Shown here piece by piece: positions 16,699 to 25,800 of a stretch of DNA of 40,093 nucleotides. The DNA is taken from NCBI GenBank assembly GCA_016928955.1, contig JAFGJV010000048.1, forward strand, positions 62,001 through 102,093. The letters run 5' to 3'. The DNA comes from Spirochaetales bacterium (GTDB lineage: Bacteria > Spirochaetota > Spirochaetia > Treponematales > UBA12059). A program made the translations under genes and the position numbers. The stretch's first letter is position 1. Each line of letters opens with the position of its first letter. The notes beneath the pieces are model-generated. The model was not told the origin of the DNA and ran no database searches. It worked only from the letters and a program-made list of their open reading frames with translations.

Positions 16699-18555
16699 AT
16701 GAACGGACAGGCCAGATGGTTTGCCAGCGACAACAACGCGTCCATCCATCCCAGGATACTGTCCGCCATCCAGGCGGCCAATGGCGGCCATGCCATAGGC
16801 TATGGCGACGACCGTATCACCCGGGAGGCCGAGGCCGCGGTGGCGGACATCTTTGGCCCCGGCAGCGTGGTGCGCTTTGCGGTCAACGGAACGGGCGCCA
16901 ACGTGTACGCCCTGTCCTGCCTGGCGGGCCACGGCGACGCTGTGTTCTGCTCGGACTGCGCCCACATCCTGGTAGACGAGACGGGCGCGCCGGCGGCCAT
17001 GGTCGGGGCCCAGCTGGTTCCGCTTCAGTCCAGGCACGGCAAGCTGGACGCGAGCGCGGTGGCCGCCGCCATAGACCTGTACGGCGATATGCACAAGCCG
17101 CGCCCGCGCGTTCTGTCCCTCAGCCAGCCTACGGAACTGGGCACCGTGTACACGCCGGCCGAGCTGGCCGAGCTCTGTGCCCTGGCCCACGATCACGGCC
17201 TGGCCGTGCACGTGGACGGAGCCCGGCTCGCCAACGCGGCGGCCGCCCTGAACACAGGTCCAGCGGAAGCCGCCGGCGACGCAGACGCCGTGTGCTTTGG
17301 CGGCACCAAAAACGGACTGATGTTCGGAGAGGCCGTGGTCTTCCCCAATCGGCCCGGCCGCGCCTTGCCCGATACCGCCCGCCTGCGGAAAACGTCCGGC
17401 CAGCTGGCCAGCAAAATGCGCTTCCTCTCGGCCCAGTTCCTGGAGTACGCCAAGGACGATCTGTGGCTGGAAAACTCCCGGGCCGCCAACGCCATGGCCG
17501 CCCGCCTTGCCCAAGGTGTACGCCGCCTGGGACTCAGGCTCCTTGCTCCGGTTGACACCAACGCTGTGTTTGCCTTCGCGCCCAAAGCGGTGGTGGAAGA
17601 ACTGCGCGAGCGCGCCTTCTTCTATGACTGGGAAGACGGGGCCGTCCGCTGGATGGCCAGCTGGGACACCACGGAAGCGGACGTGGATACCTTCCTGGCG
17701 GCGCTCGAAGCCAGCCTCAAGGCCCATGAAAGCGACGCTCCCGAACGGACGCCCGCCATGGATGCCGAGCTGGAGCGACGCCTGACAGCGGGTCGGGCCT
17801 TCCTCAAAGCCGGCTGGCACGACGTGGAACGCTTTCCCAGCGACCAGATGCTGGGCCTGGCCGCCCCGCCCCTGCGCGCGCCGGTGCCTGAAGGCGCGAC
17901 CATCGTCGCACTGCCCGACCCCCAGGCATCCGGCCTGGGCGCAAAGGCTTTCTCAGCCGTGACGGCGTCGCGCAGAAGCCGCCGGAAATTTTCCCAGGTC
18001 CCGCTGTCTCTGGCCGAGCTGTCCTTCCTCCTCTGGGCGACAGCCGGCGTGCGCGACCGTGAAGCCGCAAGCAAGCCCGGGGCCAAATTCGCCTTCCGTA
18101 CGGTACCTTCGGGCGGCTGCAGGCATCCTTTGGACCTGCTCGTGTACGCGCGAGCCGTGGACGGCCTTCCGCCGGGGCTGTACCGCTTCCTGCCGGAGAG
18201 CCACGCGCTGGCTCTCCTGAAAGCCTCGTCTCCCCTCGGCCACACGGGCTTTAGCCTGGACGCAGAGTTCGACGCGGCCCTCCTTGGCCAGCTGTGGAAC
18301 TGTGCGGCCCTGTTCGTCTGGAACGCCCTGCCCTACCGGGCGGAGTGGCGCTACACCGTGGCGGGCGCCAAGCTGTGCGCCCTAGACGCAGGACACGCCT
18401 GCCAGGCCCTGTACGGGGCCTGCGAGGCCTTGGGCCTGGGTACCTGCGCCATTGGCGCCTACGACCAGGAACTCATGGATACGGCCACCGGGGCCGACGG
18501 AACGGACGAATTCACCATCTACGCCGCGCCGGTAGGCCGGCCCCGGGAGGACTAA
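16699..18555 (+). CDS. Fusion protein: low-specificity L-threonine aldolase-like domain + SagB/ThcOx-type nitroreductase-superfamily domain
   Basis: N-part: FASDN, NGTGAN, SQPTELGTVY, HVDGARLANA, GGTKNG (PLP Lys), SKMRF. C-part: SDQ, RRSRRKF, LSFLLWA, RTVPSGGCRHP, RAEWRY, DAGHACQ, GLGTCAIGAYD. No internal stop. Confidence 0.88.
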   Translation: MNGQARWFASDNNASIHPRILSAIQAANGGHAIGYGDDRITREAEAAVADIFGPGSVVRFAVNGTGANVYALSCLAGHGDAVFCSDCAHILVDETGAPAAMVGAQLVPLQSRHGKLDASAVAAAIDLYGDMHKPRPRVLSLSQPTELGTVYTPAELAELCALAHDHGLAVHVDGARLANAAAALNTGPAEAAGDADAVCFGGTKNGLMFGEAVVFPNRPGRALPDTARLRKTSGQLASKMRFLSAQFLEYAKDDLWLENSRAANAMAARLAQGVRRLGLRLLAPVDTNAVFAFAPKAVVEELRERAFFYDWEDGAVRWMASWDTTEADVDTFLAALEASLKAHESDAPERTPAMDAELERRLTAGRAFLKAGWHDVERFPSDQMLGLAAPPLRAPVPEGATIVALPDPQASGLGAKAFSAVTASRRSRRKFSQVPLSLAELSFLLWATAGVRDREAASKPGAKFAFRTVPSGGCRHPLDLLVYARAVDGLPPGLYRFLPESHALALLKASSPLGHTGFSLDAEFDAALLGQLWNCAALFVWNALPYRAEWRYTVAGAKLCALDAGHACQALYGACEALGLGTCAIGAYDQELMDTATGADGTDEFTIYAAPVGRPRED

Positions 18556-18556
18556 G

Positions 18557-19678
18557 ATGCCAGCCCAGGTGTTTTTCATGGACGCGCGCTCGCGCTCGGG
18601 CGGCTCAAGCTCGTTGGCCAAAATCAAGGCCCTGCTCAAGCGGGTTGCCGAGGCTGAACCGGGTGCCCTCAGGAAGGGCGAGCTCTGCGCCATAAAGATT
18701 CACTTTGGCGAATTGGGCAACGACGCCTATATGAGTCCCGTGCTGGCCCGTGCGGCCGCTGACTTGGCCTTGGAAGCAGGCGCCAAGCCCTTTTTTACCG
18801 ACACCAATACCCTGTACACGGGTTCCCGCTCCAACGCGGTGGACCACCTGAACACGGCCATAGCCCACGGTTTTGTGCCTGAGGTGTGCGGAGCTCCCGT
18901 GGTCATAGCGGACGGCCTGACCAGCGAGAACTGGCGCGAGGTGCCCCTGCCCGACGCGTGCACTCGCTTCAGGTCGGCCAAGATAGCCGGTGGCATCCTT
19001 GAGGCCGACTGCATGATCGTCCTGTCCCACTTCAAGGGCCACGAGATGGCCGGCTTTGGCGGCGCCGTCAAGAACCTGGCCATGGGTTGCGCCCCCTGGC
19101 TCGGCAAGCGCGAACAGCACAGCGTGAAATTCCGCGTCAAGGAGGGTCGCTGCGTGGCCTGCGGCCGTTGCGTGCCCGTGTGCCCGTCCGGCGCCATCAC
19201 GCGGCCGGGTGACGGCAAGGCTGTCATCGACCAGGAGCTGTGCATAGGCTGCGGCGAGTGCCTGGCCTACTGCGCGCCCAAGGCCATTGTCATGGACTGG
19301 GACGTGGCCCTGCCTGAATTCACCGAGAAGATGACCGAGTACGCCCTGGGCGCCCTGCACGGAAAAAAAGACCGCGTGCTGTACCTCAGCGTTTTGTCGG
19401 CGATATCGCCGCTTTGCGACTGCACGCCCTGGTCAGACGCGCCCATAGTCCCCGACCTCGGCTTCCTTGCGTCCACCGATCCCGTGGCCATAGACCAGGC
19501 CGCCCTGGACCTGGTCAACGCGGCTCCCGTGCGTCCAGGCTCGGCCCTGGACGGCAAGGCCGGCCCGGGCGACGATAAATTCAAGGCCCTCCACCCCAAC
19601 ACCGCCGGGGATATCCAGCTGTCTCACGGCCAGGCCATAGGGCTGGGATCCAGGGACTACGAGCTCGTGCGCCTCTGA
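18557..19678 (+). CDS. DUF362-domain protein with 2x[4Fe-4S] ferredoxin insert
   Basis: IKIHFGE, TDTNTLY, SHFKGH, GFGGAVKNLAMG, CVACGRCVPVCP, CIGCGECLAYCA, SPLCDC and DPVAIDQA motifs. Confidence 0.88.
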   Translation: MPAQVFFMDARSRSGGSSSLAKIKALLKRVAEAEPGALRKGELCAIKIHFGELGNDAYMSPVLARAAADLALEAGAKPFFTDTNTLYTGSRSNAVDHLNTAIAHGFVPEVCGAPVVIADGLTSENWREVPLPDACTRFRSAKIAGGILEADCMIVLSHFKGHEMAGFGGAVKNLAMGCAPWLGKREQHSVKFRVKEGRCVACGRCVPVCPSGAITRPGDGKAVIDQELCIGCGECLAYCAPKAIVMDWDVALPEFTEKMTEYALGALHGKKDRVLYLSVLSAISPLCDCTPWSDAPIVPDLGFLASTDPVAIDQAALDLVNAAPVRPGSALDGKAGPGDDKFKALHPNTAGDIQLSHGQAIGLGSRDYELVRL

Positions 19679-19720
19679 TAGGCCCGCCTGCACTAGCCCC
19701 CGGAAGACTTTCTGAGAAAA

Positions 19721-19758
19721 ACGGCCCGCCCCGTGCATCGGGGCGGGCCGTCGCTTTT
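19721..19758 (+). terminator. Rho-independent terminator, probably bidirectional
   Basis: ACGGCCCGCCCCG-tgcat-CGGGGCGGGCCGT hairpin preceded by an A-run and followed by TTTT, between convergent genes. Confidence 0.75.
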
Positions 19759-19774
19759 GCTGGAAACCTTTTAT

Positions 19775-19810
19775 GGGCACCTCTAAAAACGGCAGTTTTT
19801 AGAGGCGCCT
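19775..19810. repeat. AT-cored palindrome, REP/MITE-like
   Basis: GGCACCTCTAAAAAC-ggca-GTTTTTAGAGGCGCC, a 15-bp arm with one mismatch. Confidence 0.6.
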
Positions 19811-19815
19811 TAGTG

Positions 19816-22800
19816 TCAGTTTCGGACGACCATCACCTTGCGGATCTCGTCCATGCCCGGCGCCACCACGCGTATGAAGTATACGCCGCGCGCCACCGGC
19901 CGTCCTCCGTCGTTGCGGCCGTCCCAGCTGACCGTGTAGTCCCCGGGAGCCTGGCGGCCGCGCTGGAGCACGGTCACCACGTCGCCGTCCAGGGTGAACA
20001 CGGCTATGGTCACCGGGCCCTCCTCGTCCAGCACGTAGTTGAGCCGCGTGCGCTCGCCCGTGGTCGGGTCTATCACGTTGTTCAAAATGGTCACGCCGCC
20101 GCGCTGGGTCTTGAGATCGCGTATGTCAAAGCTGAAGGGCCGCACCAGCCTGTACCATTCGGCAGGCAGGGCCGCGGCACCCGCCTGCATGTCCAGGCGA
20201 CCCGCGTAGAGATCCGTGGGTGTACCCGACAGCCTGAACCAGAAGTCCAGCGTGGCCCTGTCATGGATCTCAGGATGGTCTGCGTCAAAGCTGTTGCCCC
20301 AGAGCCCGCCGCCGTCGTCCGTGCATGCCTGGGTGTACACGCCGCCTGAGGGGAAGGCCAGGTTAGGATAGGCGGCCAGCCCCGAGAAGTCCACCTCCAG
20401 GTATTCGGGCAGCCATATTCCGGGCACGGCGCTCACGTAGCGCTCGTCAACGTTGGAGTCGAAGAACATGGTCGGGCTTACCGCGACGAGCACCGGATTC
20501 AGCCTGGACTGCATGACGATGTCCTGGTCGCGCAGCCATTGGGTGCCGTCAAAGGCACGAACAAGGCCCACCGTCACGTTTGCGCTCTCGGCCGGGCTCA
20601 GGGGTTCGAAGGTGCTCACATCTCCCGGCAGGTAGCCCGAGTCCTTGGCCCATATCGGCCACACGAACCACGAGTCCGGGTTGGCCGCGCTCCACGAGCC
20701 TGGGTCCGCGCTCGGCTGGACGGACACCAGGAGGTCTGACACGCGGTGGGTATTCTTTGACCCACGGCCCAGGGTGAAGGCCGGACGGTCCAACGGCAAG
20801 GTCGGTGGCGCTGGCGGATACTGAGAATAATCCACGCTGGGGTCTGAGGTATACCCTGTAATCGGCGGCCAGGTTGGTGGATCCGGCCCGATTATCTGAC
20901 TATTGTACGCCACATCCCAGAACGGGGGCTCTCCGAGATCTTCCGATGAAGCGACTACCGTCATTGTGGACATACCCGCCATCAAGTCGGCCATAGCATA
21001 CGTCCCATAGTCGGCCACGGCCTCTATGGTCCCAGAAGCGGTTCCGGACACCGAAAGAAAGCCCGTAGCGCCCATAAAGTCGGCAAGGTCTATGGGGCCA
21101 GTCCTGCCGCTTTTGGCCACGGGTTCTGAGAAATGCACGAAGGTGCCATCGTTTTGCGGCACGGTAAGCGTATAGCCGATTATCGGCCACGCTCCATCAC
21201 CGGGAGTCATCCAGTCCGACCCTCCGGTTCTGGACAGCGTACCCACGAATTTCTGTTCGGGGACATCCATAAGGGACGTGTTCGCAACAATGTGCCAATC
21301 AGGCAGCACCCCGGTGTCCAGATACGGCTTCTCAACGAGGTGTATATAGAAGGTCGTGGGATTGACCAACGATGGGCAGGAATAACCGTTGTCACCGACA
21401 TTCGTATCAACCTCATACCCGGCCACCTCGGCCAGGAATCCGGAAAAGTCTGCGTTCACAGGTCCTTCCGTGGTTACGCGTATCCTGTCCAGCTTGCCGT
21501 CATAATCCGAGTCTTCCGTGTAGCTGTACACGGAGTAGAGATAATCAAGCCACTTGAAGCAGAAATGCACGTTGTAGGGAGTTGCGTGAACGTCCGGCGG
21601 CACCGACACCGGATACGCGCGGGCATTTGAATAGAACACATCCACATACTGCATATCGAAGGTGGTCGGACCGGGCATGAACTCGAAGAACCAGAACAAC
21701 GCGTCCTCAGCCGGAGCCAGGGGCGGATTCGAAGGATCTGCCCCCGGTGTCATCCTGTTCAAGGTGATTTGTGTGGCCGCTCCCCAGGCCGTGCCCCTGA
21801 CTCTGAAAATGCCGCCCGATACGATACGCTGGGTCATGGCGTTTTCAAACAGAATGGTTGTACCGGGTTTTGAGCAGTGGAATACGAACCACGAGTTGTT
21901 CCCGTAGATGTATATAGTCGACAAAGTTGGATCAAAGGTTACAGTCCCGCTCCGGGCGATGAAACCGGTATGGCCAACGTCGTTGCGCCATTCGTTGTTG
22001 ATGACAAGGTTGGTAGCGGTCAGCCCATAATCCAGAACTCCCGTGAGCACGTGCAAGCTGTTCATTACGGTAACGTCGCCGGCCAGGGTATGGACCCCCG
22101 CGCCCGAACCTGCTATGCGCAGGTTGCGGTAGGTGCCGCCCGAGAAGCCGGTGGTGAACACCTGGCTGGCTGGATCGCTACCGTAGTACTCGACCACGCC
22201 GGCCGCCGTGTCAAAGGCGGTGAAGGCGTGCGTGGCCTGGGTGCCGGTCAGGCGCAGGACCGAGCTGTCGTCGGTCAAATCGAGCGTGGCAATGGTGAAA
22301 TTGGAGTCGCTGAGGTCCAGGGTCTCTCCCGCGCCGACCGCGGCCGTACCCGTTATGCCCAAACTACCCAAGCCGCTGTCCAGGGTAAGGGTCGTGACCA
22401 CGGACAGGTCGTCCAGGCTCATGTCGTTGCCCGCCGCTCCGCCCGTACGCACCACGCCCCTGAACTGATTGAAGCCCGTCACGTTGGATATGAGCCCGCC
22501 CTGGAAGAGAAAGTCGTCCAGGTCACCGTCGCCAAGATTGACGTTGCCCGTGTTGGCAAACGTGACGGGCGAAACCACATCACAGCCGCCGTTCATGGTA
22601 ACGGCGTATGCGCCGCCCCCGAATATCAGGCCGCTCAGGTCCACAAAGCCGGAGAACGTAACATTGCCCGTGGCCGCGCCATCCTGAAGGGTCAGGGTGC
22701 TTGCCGCTGATTCGGCCACGCCGCCGTCGAACACGATGGTCCCAGCGCCTGCCAGCAAGGCGGCCGACGTTCCCACGGTGGCGTTGCCGTGGTAGCTCTG

Positions 22801-25800
22801 GGCGCCGCTCGTGGTGATGTCCGCGTTGATGGCTACAAGGCCGTCCACGCTGAGGGTGGTGATGGCGCTCGCGTTTCCGTCAAAACGAGCGTCCGCCGTG
22901 GTCACGGTCAGAGCCGAGCTGGATCCGGTCAGGGTGCCGCCAAAGCGCACCACGCTGCCGGCGTTGGCCGTGAATACGGCGTTGGAAGCCAGGGTAACCG
23001 GGCCAAGGTAGTCCTGGTTGCCGGTGGTGGTCACGACCACAGCGCTATCCGTGAACGCCACGTCGCCCGTGGCCGACAGAGCCGAGAGGCCGCTGACGTC
23101 ATCAGGGAAGGTGATCTGCCCGTTGGCCCCGCCCCCGTCCGCGCTCGCGTCCAGGACCAGGGAAGAGGCCCCGCCCACGGTGGACGCAAAGCTGACGGCT
23201 CCGGCCGCCGCTGTTCCTGCGGCCGCGTCGGTGTCCACAGCGGCGTCTGCCGTCAGGGTCACCGGCCGCCTGAAATACACGGCTCCGCCGTTGGTCGCCG
23301 CCACCGTGCCCGCGTATGACAGGGTGATGCCGACCAAGGGATTGAGGTCTATGTCCATGCCGGCAGCGCCGGCCGTGGACAGAGGTCCGGCCACCACGAT
23401 GCCGCCAGCGGCGCTCGCCGCGGTGATGGATCCGGTGGCAAGACACGCGTTCAGGGTGTAGCCGTCTGCGTCGTTGATGCTGAGTACGGCCGAGCTCGGC
23501 ACGTTGACGCTTGAGAGCGCGTTGGTCGCGCGGTCCAGGATAGCGTCGCCAAGGCCGGCTGTTATGGTAAGGAGCCCACCGAGCGCCAGGTCTCCGCTCT
23601 GCGTTATGTCGTGGGTGGCGCCGCCGCCGCCCTGTATGGTCGCCCAGGCGGTACTGGACAGTGCAGACAGCGTAAAGCCGCTGGCGTCCAGCCAGGCCAA
23701 GGTGCCCGCCCGCGCCAGGGTACCGCCGGCATCCAGGGTCCGGAGTGACAGGACGGAAGCGTCGTTTGCCAAAGCGCCCAGTTCAATATTGGCTCCCGTG
23801 GCGTGCAGGGTGGCGATGTCCACCGTGCCGTCCGGAACGCTTGCGCTCTGGGTCTGGCTGACCGTCCCGGCGGCCCGCAAAGTCAGGGCGTTGGCTCCCG
23901 TTATGGACACGCCGTTTGTGCCGGCCACCGAACCCAGGTCCAAAGGCCCGTTTACGCTCAGGCTAACCGGCCCCGTGACCGCGGCGGCCAGAGTGGCCGC
24001 GGCGTTGGCCTGGGTCAGGGCAAAGCTGCCCGTGCCAGACAATCTGAGGCCGCCAGGGGCCGTGAACGCCGTGCTCTGGGTTGCGCCGCCTCCGCTTATG
24101 GACAGGTAGCCCGAGCCCCCGGCGACCAGGGCGGCGTTCAGGGCAACGCCACCGGCGCCGGAAAGGGATATATCCGCCGCTCCCGGCCCCGTGGTACCCG
24201 ACGCTCCGCTTACCGTGAGGATGCCGGCCGCCGTGGACAGGGTCAAGGTTCCGCCTGCGAATCCGTTGTTGGCCGTAACGCCCAGGGCGCCGGCGTTGGC
24301 GTACACGATGTTTCCCGACGACGCGCCGTTTGTCAGCACGGCCGCTCCGGCCGAGTTTGCCGGATTGCCCAGGCTGATGCCGTCGTTGGCGCTGACCGTT
24401 AGGGTTCCGGCGCCAGCGTTGACCGATAGCGCGCCCGCACCTACAACAGCCGCCGTCGTTTCCAGGGTCAGGCTGGAGCCGGCAACGGATAGGTTGTTGG
24501 CCAGGTTGATGCCGCCTGAAGTGGTCCGCAGGATCACCGGCCCGCTTGCGTTGGTCAGGGTAGCGATGCCGTCCGTCTGGATGGCGCCTGCGTGCGTAGG
24601 CCTTCCGATGGTCAGGGTGCCTACCGTGCTTATGGTGTCCAGCTCTGCGTCGGACAGGCCCAGGCTCCCTGCCAGGGCTCCCGCGCCCAGGCTGACCGGC
24701 CTCGCAAGGTCGTTCGGATAGATGGCCACTGCCGTGGCCGCCGTGATGCTGGTGGCCACGGCAAAATTCATGGTGTCTGCCGCCAGGGTCACGGAACCAG
24801 CGCCTGACGATATGGTGCCTGCCGTGTGCGCGAGGGTGCCACCGGCGTCCGTTACGGTCAGGGTTACGGAGCTCCCGCCGCTTACGTCGTGGCCAAGGCC
24901 GAGTCCAGATGTGGACCTGAGGTCCAGCACGGTACCCGCGCTGATGGTGCCGGCCGTCGCCGCGCTTCCGGCGTTGGACAGCCAGAAGCCGCCCGTGCTC
25001 GCCGCGCCGGCAAGATTGGCCGCCTGGGTAAGGATCGGGGCTGACGCGTCGCCCACGATGGTGGTGCCGCCGGCGGAGCCCAGGTTCACGGTGCCCGCTA
25101 TCAAGGTACCAGCGCCCGCCGTCTGCTCGGTGATGGTGCCCGTGGCGTTCAGGGCTATGGAACCCGCCGGCCCTACGTCCAGGTCCCCGGCTATGATGAT
25201 GTTGCCGCTTGAGTCGACGCGGAGGGCCCCTCCGGCCCACTGGCTCAGGGCCGGGTTGGCCCCGCCCAGGGTGACGGCGGCCGTGGACAGGAAGAGATCG
25301 CCGCTCGTGGTATTGGTGGCGGACAGGGTTCCGCCAACCGTGCCTATGGCAACGGAAGCGGCTGGTATGACGCCTATGCCCGACACTGCCTCAAGACTCA
25401 GGGATCCGGTCGCGGACAGGGTGCCCGCAACGCATGTAATCGAAGCGCCAGTCGCCAGGATGAGGTTGCCGGTTCTCGTGACCGGTCCTTCCACCACGAT
25501 GCCGCCCGTCTGCGACGCGTCGCCCACGGTCAGATTTCCCGTGGTTGTGACAACATCCAGTTCAGGGTCGCCAAGCAGCAGGCCGCCAATGCCCCCGCCC
25601 AGGCGGATGACCGTCGCGGCGTTCTGCGGACGCAGCGTCACGTTTCCTGCCCCGGCCGTTATCGCCGCGGCAAGGTTCATGTCGTCCGCCACCAACAGGA
25701 TGGTGGCCGTATTGGCCCCGCCCCCGTTCCCCAGGGCTCCGGCTACGGTGAGCAACTCTCCAAGGCCGCTTGCCGTCAGGCTGATGTCGCCGTTGGCCGT

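Noticed and set aside
17760..18555. SagB domain as evidence of a RiPP (TOMM) cluster
   Set aside because: No YcaO or cyclodehydratase and no Cys/Ser/Thr-rich precursor nearby. Stand-alone SagB-like domains are common.
19795..19806. GTTTTTAGAGG resembles the start of type II CRISPR repeats
   Set aside because: Single copy forming one arm of a palindrome, with no spacers and no cas genes.
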